Shown piece by piece: positions 45,900 to 59,809 of a stretch of DNA of 64,000 nt. Below the pieces are notes generated by a model, which ran no database searches, was not told where the DNA came from, and saw nothing but the letters and a program-made list of their open reading frames with translations. How positions within the stretch are numbered: the first letter of the stretch is position 1; each line of letters begins with the position of its first letter. The DNA is from Cycas panzhihuaensis (Eukaryota > Plantae > Cycadophyta), in assembly GCA_023213395.1 (NCBI GenBank), contig CM041465.1, positions 225,873,741 through 225,937,740 of the forward strand, read 5' to 3'. The translations under genes were made by a program, and so were the position numbers.

Positions 45900-47720
45900 T
45901 CATTCAATTCTCATAGGAATATCGACCCATCACCAATAATGCAATCATAGATATACCAACCCATTGCCAATAATGTAGTGCACATGATAGGGCCTAAGAT
46001 TGCATTATCATTTTTCCAAACTTCATACAAAACTTGTTGACATATAATGACACCTAATTGCCTACAATGAATTGTGGGGCTATGATGTGGCAATCATGCC
46101 ATGCTTTCTTTTGACACTTCTCTACGTCCAATTCCCAAACAACGAAGGCCCATTGTTCATCCAATTTTAACAATTTGCTTGAGATGATTCCTGTTCATTG
46201 AGCAACTGAATGACAATTGTAAGATTAGGGACCTAGATTTAAAAAGGAACAATAGTCTCGAACCCATACACCAATTAGAATGGGGTTTCTTCATGAAGTC
46301 ATTAGTAGTCTGATTTGCCTATAGTATGAAATGATTTTTTTCAGTCCAATAAACCTACTTGCATTCCAAATCTTTGTCAAAAATATTTTTATAATTTTGT
46401 TACTACTCTCTACTTACCAATTGCTCATAGGTAATAGGAAGAGGATTTCATGTGAAGGATCATAAATTATGAGGTTAGATGCTTGAACACCTTGTTGACA
46501 AACCTACCACCTTGATTAGAAATAATCTTTATGGGGCTCCAAAGCAAACAATGACTATTTCCTACTAGAGTTGAGCAATACTCGGAGCATCACAATGCCA
46601 TAATGGATAACCTTTAGTCCCTTTTTCCATTAAGTCCATTGCAACTAGGATATAATAAGCATTAGTTCTTTTTGCTATTGGACTCATTAATCCCACAAGA
46701 TCTAATCCCCACGCCTCAAATAGACCAAAAGAAAGATGCCATGGAAAATGATTTTGTTGAGCTGGTCAACTTACATGCCAATAGACGTCACATTTCTTTG
46801 ACCATTATTGAACATCATGGAACAAGTTTGACCACCAAAATCCTACCGATGAAATCTTACAAGTTGTAGCATTGACCACTACATGCTCCCCAATCATGCC
46901 CTCATGAGCTTCTTGAACCACAATTTTGAGCTCTTACTCTAGCGCACATCATTGTAGAATACTGTCTAGTCCTAGTCAATACAAGCTTCCACCAACCAAT
47001 TGAAAAGGTGATGCTTTGCGTGCATGGCTATAATATTTTGCTTAATCTAGCCCAAGTAACATCTTTCAAGATGCATGATATTCCACAATCCTTAGATACC
47101 AAGATGGCAAACTACCAATTTGGAACAATTGTGCATTTGGAAAATCATTTGTTGCTCCTACAACTTCTTCTCTAGTGTCCATTCTAGAGAGTTGATCTAG
47201 AATAACATGGCTCTTCTCCTTTACAATGATTCCAAATGAATGTTATTGGAGAAGCATTAGCCATGGACTGACATGGCCTTGCAATACTAGGTTAATGATG
47301 AGATGCATAAAAGATAGAGGGTTTGGATAACAAATAACATTAAAATTTTTGAATGGCATAAATTGTACATAACCCCTCTTTTTGTGACAAAGTAATTGCA
47401 CTATACTATAGTTAATTTCTAATAAGCAAAATTTATAGGATGACATGTTCTTACATCTCTTGGTTAACTTAATCCATAGTCGATAGCATAGAGTGAAGAG
47501 TCCATGTGTATATGAAAGGGTTTGCACCAATCTAGGAACGTCGGACTAGTGGTTGGGCAACCATTTTCTTCAATAGTTTAAAAGCCAAATGCTCATCCAT
47601 ATTCCAATTCTATAATGTATCCTCCTTTAGTAAGGATTCCATTTTACCTAAGATCTATGGACAATTTTTGATAAATTTTTTTGTAGTAGCCAATGAGGCC
47701 AATTCTTTGAAAAACTCATA
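45900..47720 (-). mobile_element. Degenerate Gypsy RNase H/integrase fragments
   Basis: Minus-strand ..HLIINLVLQGHVSPWLMLLQ (RH end, ~47245-47310) and integrase-like remnants; no LTR pair found. Confidence 0.55.
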
Positions 47721-48299
47721 ATGAATGTTCGTATCATTAATGAGGAAGGTTCCTCTAGAAATACAATATAAGCCTTGGCCTGGGTTGAATGCATGTGTGC
47801 CACTTGTTAGAGCTAAATGCATGTATGCCACTTGTCATAGACTTAGAAAAGAGGGGATGATACATATAGCGATAATTATGGATGGGCTGAAAAATAGTAC
47901 ACAATTCTTCTGAAGAATACTTACACCAACCCAAAATATTAGCCACTAAACATGAATTGCAGAATGATGCTAAAAAGTAATCAAGTGATGAAGCTAAAAT
48001 AGGATCCCTCTTCGAGGTGAGGTGCCCTTCGAAAGTGCAGCTAAAGAGCCAAAATTTATAGCAAAGAAAATAGCTTAGATGATGATCTCTAGAGTGCCCA
48101 ACAACCTACTTAAATAGTCCTTCAACTAACTCCTAAATTGGCTAGCTAGAATACCTTATGAAGTTAGCTAGAAAATAAGTACTAAGTTGGCCATAATAGC
48201 TGGGAAAAACTTTAGTAGAATATATTTAAATTCAAGTCAGTTTTCCAGCCATGTTGGAAGTTAACCAAATTGGGGCTTGCTACAAGTCCCATCCCTTGA

Positions 48300-51200
48300 A
48301 AACATGCTTTGCCCTCAAAGCATGAATAAATTGGGGTATTGTTGTAACCATTCCTCTATTTCCCATGTTGCATCACTGTTATCTCATGTCTTCCACTTAT
48401 AAGATATTCTTTGATTTCTCTGGAATGTAAACTTTTGATGCGTTCTTGCAGAATGCCTTCTAATTCTCTTGACATCTTTCCTTCTTCATCTAATATGGGC
48501 AGATCGATTTGGATGGGAACACCATCTTGAAGTTTCTTCTTGAGATAAGAGATGTGGAATGTGTTGTGGATTCGATAGGTTGAGAGAAGTTCTAACTGGT
48601 ATGCCACTTCGACAACCTTGGCCAGAATTTTGTAGGGCCTGAAGAATTTTGGCTATAATTTATTACGACCTGCTTGCTTAAGACTGACTTGTTTGTATGG
48701 CTACAAACGAAGGAATACCCAATCCCTAATATCAAATGTTCGTTCTGATCTTTGGAGATCTGCCTGTTGTTTCATTTGATTTTGAGCCATATTGAGATTG
48801 TCCTTTATACTTTCAATATTTTTCTTGTTTGTTGCTGGTATTCCTCTATTGCCTAGACTTTGGAAGGTCTTGTCTAACTGAAGATTGAAGGTGCTTTGAA
48901 ACCATACAATGCTTGGAATTTCGTCATCTTGGTGGTAGTATGGTATGTTGTGTTATACAACCATTCTGCTAGTGAAGCCATTTGTGCCATTGATGTGGTC
49001 TTTCAATAATGAAATTACGTAAATATCCTTCAAGGCATTTGTTTACAACCTTATTTTGTTTGCCCTTTTGCGTATGATATGTCGTACTGTTATTTAGCTT
49101 GGTACCAGCTAACCTAAATAGTTTTTGCCAAGAATGGCTAGTAAATTTGGGGTCACAATCATTGATGATTACCTTTGGGAATCCATGGAGCCGATACACC
49201 TCTTTGATGAATAACTCTACTATTTGTGGTACTTTAGCCACTGTTTGCATTCCCTAGAAGTGTGCATATTTGGTTAAGAGATCTACTATTACAAAAATTG
49301 TGTCTTTACCTTCTAATTTAAGTAGTCCCATGATAAAATCCATAGATATCTCCTCCCATTTTTGTTATGAAATATATAGTGGTTGGAGTAAATCGGGAAT
49401 TTTAAGATTTTCGCTTTGGTTCCACTAGTAGAGATCACATTTTGCTATAAACTTTTGTACCTCTGCTTTCATCCCTTTCTAGAAAAAATTGTCCCTAATC
49501 TTTTGGTAAGTCTTATCCATTCCCGTATGGCCTCCCAACATCGAGCAATGCGCTTCTTCCAAGATTTTTTTTATTGTTGCAGCCACAAGAACTAGCACTT
49601 TCCCTTTTCATAGGATTAATTTACCCCGGAGAGTATACTTGGTATTAATTCCCTTCTTGATCTCTTGCAAGGCTTTTTGGGAATGTATATCATCTATGTA
49701 ACCCTAGATTAATTCCTCTGTCCAACTTGGAGTTATCACTGTAATGTTCTTCAAAGAAACTAGGTTGTCCTCTTGAGTTTCTGCCAATGATCTAGATAAT
49801 GCGTCTGCTATGATATTTTCCTTTCCGTTTTTGTAAAGTATAGAGAAATCAAAGGCTTGTAATCTACTTACCCATTTATGTTGTTCGTCTATCAAGGATG
49901 CTTGGTTAAGGAAGTACTTCAAGTTGTTATGATCTATTTTAACAATGAACTTGTTTCCTAACAAATATTGCCGCCATTGGTGGATGGTGTGCATGATGGC
50001 TAGTATTTCTTTATCATATATGGGTTTGAGGTGTTTTTGGGCATTGAGCTTTTGACTTTTGTATGCAATCGACCTTTCTTCTTGCAAGAGTATCGCATCT
50101 ATATCAAAACATGATGCATCATATTCGATACTGAATGGTTTCGTGAAGTCAGGCATTGCTAAGACCATAACTAAGGTCACAACTATTTTTAATTGTTGAA
50201 AAGCACTTTCATCCATTTGTGCCCACTTAAATGCATCTTTCTTAGTCAGATTCATTAAGGGAGCAGCTATGTGAGTGTAACCCTTAATAAACTTGTGTAT
50301 ACATCCTGCAGCTACGAAAAATCCACGTACTCTTGACACATTTTTTGGTGTTGGCTAGTTGATGATTGCTTCAATCTTCTTTGGATCAATTTGTACCCCT
50401 TCCAAAGTGATGATATGACCCAAATATTCTAACTCTATCTAGCTGAATGAACATTTGTTCCTATTGGAAAAAAGCTACTAATCTTGTAAAAACTGAAGTA
50501 TAATACGAATATGTTCTATGTGCTTTTGCCAAGTTTGGCTATAAATTAAGATATCATCAAAGAAAACCAAAACAAACTTTCATATGTATAGCCTGAGAAT
50601 CTAATTCATCATGCTTTGAAAGGTCGTTAGAGCATTTGTCAACCCGAACGGCATAACTCAGAACTCGAACAGTCCTTCATGCATACAAAATGCCATTTTG
50701 TAAGTGTCTTTAGTCTTAATGCTGATTTGATAATAGCCAGATCTTAAGTTGATTTTAAAGAAATACTTAGCTCCATGTAATTCATCCAGAAGGTCGCCAA
50801 TATGTAGAATTGGGTATCTATTCTTGATGGCTATCTTATTAAGAGTTTGATAATCACTACACATTTGATACGATCCATCCTTCTTCCTAGAGAGTATGAC
50901 TGTAGAGGTGAACAAACTAATGCTGTGAATGATGATACCCTACTGTTAGAGCTCATGTGTAATGCATTTGCTCTCTCTTTTAAAGTGAAACAGGTGCCGA
51001 TATGGCCTAATGTTAACTAGGATTGATCGTGGAGTCAACTAAATGGTTTGTTCACACCCATAACTTGGAGCTAGCTGAGCAAGGAGCTCTTCAAACACCC
51101 TACTATACTGATCAATGGGGGTTTGAACCTCAGATGGGACTTCTTCGATAGTTATCTTGTAACAAGAAAGCATGAAAGAAGTGGGATTCTTCCGAAGTAG

Positions 51201-52716
51201 TTTTCCCGTTTGTTGCGACAACACCATTTGTATCGGAGGTACTTGTGGAGCTTGTAGCTTGTGTTTACACCACTTTTGGTGGAAGCACATGAATTGTGTT
51301 CGGTAGTTGGTAACGATGTTACCTAGAGTTTGTAGCCATTGGACTCCTAAAACCACGTTAACCCCTCCAATTGACATGGCAAACATACCGGTCGAAGTTG
51401 AGTAATCAACAATTCATAGATTTACCTACTGACAATATCCACCACAAGGCATAGTTTTCGCATTTGTAATAGCCACTTGGAATATGTTATATGGCTTAAT
51501 TGGAAGCCCTAACTTATCTGTTGTAGGACAATTTATGAAATTATGAGTACTCCCACTTTCTACCAAGATCGAAACTTTCACATTTTTTGTCATCCCTGAG
51601 AATCGTAAGGTTTGGGGTGCGTGTACTTCCCTTGTAATTGCTTGAAGAGATATTTGAATGTTATTCATATTGATTTTTAGGAGGTCGTCCAACTCAGCTT
51701 CCTCTTCATTGTCCATAGCTTCTTCTTCCAGAATTTCTTCATTAACTTCTTCGGGAACATTTTCTTTTTCATTGCTTATCATAAACATCTTCTTGGGTGG
51801 ACATTTATGATCTCTGTTGTATTTCCCATCATAATGGAAACAAGTTCATTTCTAATGTGTTCAGCCCTTGATAATTGCTCTTCCCTTTTTTTGGCCATAG
51901 GAGCCCCTACTTTAGTTCCAGATTGTGTCCAATTCAATACAAATTGTTGGCCAGGCTGTCTTAGAAAATTGGCTCGGCGAATAAAGTTTTCTCTGTTCTC
52001 TCTAAATTCTGCCTTAATATTCCTTGCGTAGTGAATGGCATCGCTAAGAAAGCTTACATCTAAAGTCTTCAAGTGGTACCTAATATTCCCTTTAAGCCCT
52101 ATGACGTAGACCTCTACTAATTGTCGTTCGTTGATATTAGCTTCAACCAAGCTGTGCAAAAGTTGAAATTGTTCTGTATAAGCTTGCATTGTTCCAATTT
52201 GTTGTAGCCTAGTGAGTTGGGCAAAATAATAAGTTTTTGTCATATCTTCATATTGCTCAATTAAAGCCTTTTTAGGAAGATCCAAGTGTAATGGACTATC
52301 CCTTCATAGAATCTTTGCCACCAGTGGTAATATTGTAAGGCTTTTCCGTAAAGATGCAGAGTGGCTACCACCAGCTTCTCCTTGTTGGTCAAGGAAATTG
52401 TCTTGAAGTATACTTCTATTTGTAAAATCCAATTGCGTATGCCCTTGGATTTCTTCGGGTCAATTTTTTTGAATAAGAATTTAGTCCCCCTGAGGCTTGG
52501 ACCTGCTTGATCATCTATATTGTTCACTTCTTCCTCAATCTCCTCCTCTTCTTTTAAGTGTTTCTAAGGGCCCAAGTCCTTTTGCCGAGTAGAAAGAATA
52601 TTTGATATCTACTTTTAAATCCTTGAACTGGTTTTGAAGCAAGGCTATATTGTCGTTAACTTGATCCAACCGTTTAGACACCTCTGCAATTGATTTGAAA
52701 GTCTGAAGCACCATTT
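48300..52716 (-). pseudogene. Gypsy gag-pol (gag, protease, RT, RNase H, integrase, chromodomain) with stops and frameshifts
   Basis: Gag 51779-52527; protease ILVESGSTHNFI; RT KKDGSYQMC.DY..LNK..IKNRYP...LRSGYYQI; RH EYDAS..YDKEILAI...WRQYLLG; IN LHGFPKVII.D.DPKFTS; chromodomain ELEGILQERI......KEYLI. Confidence 0.92.
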
Positions 52717-53489
52717 TGCTATAAGTAGTGGTCTTCCCTGATCTTAATTCCGTTATAAGGGGAAAAAATTTTACCCCTTTTTTGAGTGGAAACTTCTCTA
52801 AATCTCGCTTCAAAATGAAGCTCTGATACCACTTGTAGCGATAATTATGGATGGGCTAAGAAGTAGTACACAATTCTTCTGAAAAATACTTACAATGACC
52901 CAAAATATCAGCCACTAAACATAAATTGTAGAATGATGCTAAAAAGTAATCAAGTGATGAAGCTGAAATAGGATCCCTCTTCGAGGCGAGGTGCCCTCCA
53001 AAAGTGTAGCCCAAGTGTTCGGGAACATGAAATCATACACAAATGTTCCCAACCACAAAATCTTTTACCATACATAACAAACAAACAAATATATACACAG
53101 AAAACAGATGCACAGTACACAGGATTTATGTGGGAAAACCCTTTCGAGAAAAAACCCACCACAAAAGGATCCTTGATGGATCACTTGATTATTTCATAAT
53201 GAATCGATACAATGATCTTCAATGTTGAATACATAAGGCCTCAAGGCATTTATACTCTCCAAAGAGGTGTCACTCGATTAGGGTTGTGACCCTTCGAATA
53301 AGTTGCACCTTTTGGCTTTGCACCTTTTCACTTAATTAAACCACATTAACATTAACTAAGTGGCTTAATAATTAATTGCCACATTAACATCCCCCCTTAA
53401 TGTGAATGTGCGGAGCCTGCCAATTGCAACAGTTATTTTATCATGAAGAGGGGGATTATCCTGCAGCTTCTTTATCCTTGTCGATACAT

Positions 53490-56400
53490 CCCCCCTCAAG
53501 GATAACATTGGTGAGTGCAAGTCCGGTATGCATCTTCGTGAATTGATCTTCAGTGGAAGGTTTGGTGAACACGTCCGCAAGTTGGAATTCATTTGGACAG
53601 TAGTCGACCTGCAACTTTCTTGATTTGATCTGTTCATGAATGTAATGGTGTTGAATCTAAATGTGCTTCGTATGCGTATGAAACTCTGGATTCTTTGATA
53701 GGCGAATGGTACTTTGGTTATCAACAAAGATAACCGGGTGTCCATTTGAAACTCCAAGAAACTCCAAGAGACCTTGCAACCATACGGCTTCCTTCGCACC
53801 TGCACTGAGTCCTTGATATTTAGCCTTTGTAGAAGAGAGCGCCACTGTTTACTGCTTCTTTGACTGCCATGAAACAAATCCATTGTCAACACCAAATAGG
53901 TATCCAACAGTGGACTTCCGATCGTCGAAATCTCCTCCCTAATCAACATCCGTGTAGCCATGTAATTGTATCTCTTCACCTTGACGGTATTCGAGACCAA
54001 GATTGAAAGTTCCCTTCAAATACTTCAGAATCCATTTTGCTGCAACCAAATGAGGTTCCTGAGGATTCTGCATGTAGCGGGAAACCAACCCGACAACGTA
54101 TGCAATATCAGGCCTAGTATGAGTCAAATAGATTAGACTCCCTACCAACTTATGATACTTTGTGCCATCTACAGAGGGCTTGGCCATATCCTGTTGCAAC
54201 TTAGCGCATTTTATACATGGTGTTGCAGTTGGTTTACAATTTTGCATTCCAAATTTCTCCAGCAAGTTCTTCACATACTGAGACTGCAGCAACACAATCC
54301 TGTCATCCATCTGCCTGACCTGAATGCCCAAGAAGTAGTGAAGTCTCCCAAGGTCTGTCATGTCAAATGAAACTCTCAGATTGGATTTGACTTTAGCAAT
54401 AGCCTTGCCACAGTTACCGTTGATGACCAAATTATCCACATACACCACACAAGCTACTATTGAAGTCCCTCTTCTCTTCACATACAGATTTGGGCCGAGT
54501 TCAGAAATCTCGAAACCTTCAGCTTTCAACTTCGCATCCATCTTTTCATACCAAGTACGAGGTGCTTGTTTCAAGCCATAGATTGACTTCTTTAAATGGC
54601 ACACAAGATGCTCCTAGCCATCCTTAACAAATCCCATTGGCTGTGACATGTATATCTCCTCCTTAGATCTCCATTAAGGAATGCGGACTTTACGTCCATT
54701 TGATGTAACTCCCAACCATAAGCTGTTGCTAAGGAAATCAACAAACGGACCATTGTTATTCTAGAGATTGGTGCAAATGTCTCCTCATAGTCAATTCCTT
54801 CTTTCTGCTTGAATCCCTGCATAACAAGTCTGGCCTTAAACTTGTCCACCTCTCCATCGGAGCAGAACTTTGTCTTGTAGATCCACTTGCATCCTACAAG
54901 ATTCTTTGTCAGAGGTAGTGGAACTAAATCCCATGTGTCATTCTTCAACAGAGAACTATACTCTTTCTCCATTGCAGCACTCCATCTTGGATCTCCTTTC
55001 GCTTTATTGAACGAATCAGGATCACTGGAGTCGTTGGTGTCTACCAACAAAGTTCGACTCGCATGCTGACTTCGTGTTCTTCGATCATCAGTTAAGGTTT
55101 GCATCGCCACACAGGAATCTTCTATAGTCTTTCTTGCCCCTAAAGGTATTGAAGGACCCGTTCATGGAGGTACTTCAACTTGAGACGACTCCTCACTATT
55201 ACTCGTTCCACTTGATCTTGCCTCCTTAGGTGTTCTTGCAACTGGTTCATTGTCCTCTTCGCTTGATGAATCTGGGAATGGGAGAAGGGGGGGTAAAACG
55301 ACTCCTCTGATGAACTGTCAGTATGATACGTCGATTTCTCATCAAATTTGACATCCCGACTAACCGCAATCTTTTCCCCCTATGGATCCCATAGTCTGTA
55401 GGCTTTGTTCTCTGTGCAATACCCCATGAATATGTAGTTTAGACTTTTTCGATCTAGCTTCTTTTGGGTATCATCTGGGATGTGGGTGTACGCAATACAC
55501 CCAAACATTCTTAAATGGCTAATGACAGGTTTACGACCGGTCCATTTCTCTTGAGGTCATGTCATGAATCGCTTGAGTGGGTACTCGGTTCAAAATATAA
55601 ATAGCAGTCGCCACAGCTTCTGCCCAAAATTTCGGTGGCAAGTTTTGAGCATGCACATACACCTCTCCATCTCCATCATGGTACGGTTCTTTCTTTCAGC
55701 AACTCCGTTTTGTTGTAGGGTATATGGGACCGTAAATTCCCGCTTTATACCATGATCGCAACAGAACTAATTGAACACATTGTTGTCGTATTCCTTGCTA
55801 TTATGACTTCTTAACGACTTTATTTTCTTATCACATTCATTTTCAACCATCGCTTTCTAGTCACGAAAACAATCAAACATGTCTGACTTATTCTTGAGAA
55901 AGTAAACCTAGGCCTTCCTGGTGTAGTCATCTACAAAAACAAGGGTACAATGAGCTCCAGATATCGAAGGGTTAGGAAGAGGGCCCATTAGATTTGAATG
56001 TACAAGCTCCAGCTTCTCCTTGGCTCTCTAGGCATTATCCCGAGCAAAAGGGTAGCGATAGTGCTTGCCATACATACACCCTTCGCACACACCATCTGAG
56101 CAGGTAACCGACAACAATCCTTCCACATCTTCAACCTCTTCAACAGTGTAATACTCCTGTAATTAAGGTGACCGAGGCGGTTGTGCCACAACTTACTCAC
56201 GTCATCCGTACTGGCAACAAAGGCATATGACTTCTTCTGAGACTGAAACTTTTCAAGCGCCCAGATGTTGTCCCTGACTTTCCTAGTAGCTATGACAGCA
56301 AAGTTTTGTTTTGGATCCTTAATCAGGCATTTGTTGTCATAGAGCTCCACTTTCATACCTTGTTTGTAGATCTCCCGAGCTGAAAGAAGGTTCAACTGCA

Positions 56401-57448
56401 TCTTCAGTGCATAATACACCTCGGTAAATTTACCTCCTGCAATGGAAACTTCACCGATACCTTCTACCGGCAAGACGCGAGCATCACCAAGGACAATCTG
56501 AGCACCACTCTGATTTGAAGTCATTGTATCAAAGTTTCGCCTCTGGTAAGAAATATGCGTCAGCGCTGTAGAGTCAAGCACCCAATAATCTCTCCAATTT
56601 GATTCGGCTAATAAGATTTTTGCTCGGACATAGTGAGCAGCAATGTTCTTCCCTTTATCATCTTGGTTAACTTTGCGCTTGTCACGACACTTGAACCAAC
56701 AGTTATTTTCACGATGACCATCCTTCTTGTAGTAATTGCATTTCCCGTTGAACTTCTTTTTGTCTTGAGAACTTTCTCCTGACCTCTGTGTGATCTTCTC
56801 CTCCTTAGTGGCCTCCTTCCTCTGAGTTTTCATGGCTAAGGCTTGACTTGAACCTGAACCTCCAAACATACTATGATGTTTGAGCTTGGCATCTTCTGCT
56901 AGAATTAGATTTTTAAGCCCATCAAACGTCTCTGCTTCCATGACTTCATCTCTACCATAAATGGTCTGGAATGTGGCAGAGGCAGCCGACAATTTTAACA
57001 TGATTATTGCGAATAGCAATGCATCATCGATCGAGTTCGGCTTCAGTTCCTCTAGCTTATTCTTGAAGGCGATAATCTTGTTAAGGTAGGAGCTGATGTT
57101 GTTCTCATTCTCCACACGTGAGTTGAGTAATTCCAACATCAGTGCCAGATGTCTATTCGTTTGCTTTTTTTCAAATGTATCACACAGTTTTTTCCATATT
57201 TCTGCTTGTTCGTCAAAATTGTGAATCAACACTCTCTGGTCTGGCGCCAGTGACAGTTTCAATAGTCCCATGGCCATAAATTGCTTCTCTTCGAGACGAA
57301 TACGCTCCTTATGGTCTAATGGAATTGCATCCGTTTTTGCCTTAGTGATTCCCCAAAGTTGATTCACCATCAAAATAAGTTCCATATTGGCCTTCCACTC
57401 GCTGAAATTGTTACCATTGAAGATAACTTTGGGCATAATGTGCTCCAT
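53490..57448 (-). pseudogene. Copia gag-pol (gag, zinc knuckle, protease, integrase, RT, RNase H) with frameshifts and stops
   Basis: FNGNNFSEWK; CNYYKKDGHRENNCW; WVLDS..THI; LWHNRLGHLN; RT KARLV.QGFKQKEGIDYEETFAP, QMDVKSAFLNGDL, LKKSIYGLKQAPRTWY, YVDN; RH ALSSTKAKY, DNQSTI.L.KNP.FH..TKHI. Confidence 0.93.
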
Positions 57449-58166
57449 CTCGAGAAATGGGCTTCAATATGGGTTAAACGATACCAAAACAAACATTTGT
57501 AGGACAAAATGCACCCTTGTGTCCTCCTCTGCCTCACGAGCACGCTTTCAAAGGCACCCAACACCGACTATACCCACGTTAAGTGAGCCATTGACTGTTT
57601 ACGTCTCCTAAACCGTCAACAAATGACCTTAAAATACCCTAAAAAGGAGTAAAAAATGACCTTTAAGGCACTCAAAACAATGCTCTAGGAACAAAGAATA
57701 GCTCCACATGGCTATAGTGCACGATCTCCAAGTCAAAAACACAAAACATCTCCTTGATCCGTGCTCAAAATGGACCAAAAACACTTCAAATAACTTCACA
57801 ATAGGTAAAATCTCATATATCAATGGTTTAAGGGTCTCTTTTTATAAAGTTTAATTGAAGGGAATATACCAAAAGGTATATTCACTAAGTTGCGACTTTT
57901 CACTATACCCTATGCCTTTTAACTTAAACCCACGTGTTAAAAATAAAGGGCACAAGATATACTTTAATTACTAAGGTTTAAAACTTAGTAAATAATCATC
58001 AAACGACGGATCAATAGTCGTATTTGCGTGTTATAGGGAGGCGCGACTGCCGTAATGTATACACGGCCTGCGAACTTCAAGCGAACTAGCCAGCATAGAC
58101 ACGGGTTTGCAAGCACCGCATTTACCGGTAAATGTACCTAAATTCGGTCAAGCAACCTCTCAATCA

Positions 58167-58420
58167 CGCCCAACCACCAGAATATGCGCCCAGCCAGCTC
58201 TTATGAGCATCGAATCAGCACTGAATATGCCCAACCAGCTCTTAAGAGAGCCAAATTAGCATAAAACACGCCCAACCAACTCTTATGAGTGCCAAACTAG
58301 CATAAAAACAACCCAACCAATGCTATTAAGTGCCCAACCAACTTGTAATCTGCCCAGTCAAGAGGAAATGCGCTCAGCCAAGAGGAGATGCGCCTAGCCA
58401 CCACACAAGACACTCGGCCA
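58167..58420. repeat. ~20-21-bp-period array of a GCCCAACCA-type motif in the Copia B 5' leader
   Basis: Motif starts at 58167, 58187, 58228, 58269, 58310, 58331, 58351, 58371, 58391 and 58411, with degenerate copies between; 41-bp dimers in the middle. Confidence 0.85.
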
Positions 58421-59809
58421 CCCTCAGAATTGTTGTATCGTGCTCATTTCATGCACACAACTCTCTAGCAAGTCACACAAACAGCCCAACTATCTTCTAA
58501 TACGCATATGTGGGCTTAAAACGTGTGTTTAGCCAAGGTGAGGGGTCACAATCCCAAATTCCAAGCACTATAACTCAAAAATATAGTGGATGATGCTTTA
58601 TACTGCTATGTACTTCACTTAATCTCAGTATAGATGGCTGAAAACAGTCCAAAAAGGCTTCAATCTCTCCTTTATACAGACTGAATGAAGGTGACACCAG
58701 AGAAAGCTTCCCTTTTTTTGAATTTTATTGTGTTTTGAGTGGGAAAATGACTGACTTACTTGTGTATATGGATGGCTGTCCTTATAGTCGTTGAATCGCC
58801 ATCAGGATGTGCTCTGCAGGCTTGATTACTGTTACAGTTCTTCAAACGGCTTCGGATGACCCCCAACGAGCCAACTCCAACCACAACTATGATCTTCATG
58901 TCTGAATTTGACTCCAATAACCCTTATGTTCTGTTGAATAGTCATCTTCACTGCTTCAACCACCACTGATACACTGTGCCTGCTTCTACACGTTGTTAGG
59001 GTTGACGGACCCTCAAGACTCGTCTTGGGTTAGACGGCGTTACCCAGCAACCAATGATCACACCGTTTCACTCAATGTTAGGCCTCAGTTGTGTAGGACC
59101 CTACGGTTTTGATACCATGTTCGTGAATATGAAATCATACACAAATGTTCCCAACCGCAGAATCTTTTACCATACACAGCAAGCAAACAAATATACACAC
59201 AGAAAACAGATGCATAGTACACAAGATTTACGTGGGAAAACCCTTTCGGGAAAAAACCCACAACAAAAGGATCCTTGATGGATCACTTGATTATTTCACA
59301 ATGAATCGATATAATGATTTTCGATGTTGAATACACAAGGCCTCAAGGCATTTATACTCTCTGAAGAGGTGTCACTCGATTAGGGTCGTGACCCTTCGAA
59401 TAAGTCGCACCTTTTGGCTTTGCACCTTTTTACTTAATTAAACCACATTAACATTAACTAAGTGGCTTAATAATTAACTGCCACATTAACTCCAAGAGCC
59501 AAAATTTACAGCAAAGAAAATAGCTTGGATGATGATATCTAGAGCGCCCAACAACCTACTTAAATAGTCCTTCAACTAACTCTTGAATTGGCTGACTAGA
59601 ATACCTTATGAAGTCAGCGAGAAATAAGTACTATGTTGACCACATCAACTGGGAAAAACTTTAGTAGAATATATTTAAATTCAAGTCAATTTTCAGTTAT
59701 GTTGGAAGTCAGGCAAACTGGGGCTTGCTGCAATACATTACTCACAGAAAGAAACATTATAATAGTACAATAAGGCCTAGATAAAACATTATTTCTAACA
59801 CCCTCTCTT

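Larger units (their letters stand above)
53016..59491 (-). mobile_element. Ty1/Copia element B, full length, nested in the 5' LTR of the Gypsy
   Basis: Perfect TSD CCAAG (53011-53015 / 59492-59496). 374-bp LTRs 53016-53389 and 59118-59491 (~25 differences, ~7%); PBS rc ggttttgatacca 59105-59117; PPT rc tcccccct 53390-53397. Confidence 0.96.
47865..59732 (-). mobile_element. Full-length but decayed chromovirus Ty3/Gypsy element; 5' LTR split by Copia B
   Basis: Perfect TSD ATACA (47860-47864 / 59733-59737). 3' LTR 47865-48284; 5' LTR 52834-53015 + 59497-59732 (~10% divergent). PBS rc gctctgatacca 52820-52831; PPT rc after 48284. Confidence 0.95.

Noticed and set aside
58167-58420. CRISPR-like repeat-spacer array
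   Set aside because: The core is only ~10 bp and degenerate, the linkers are related to each other, there are no cas genes, and it lies in a plant Copia leader.
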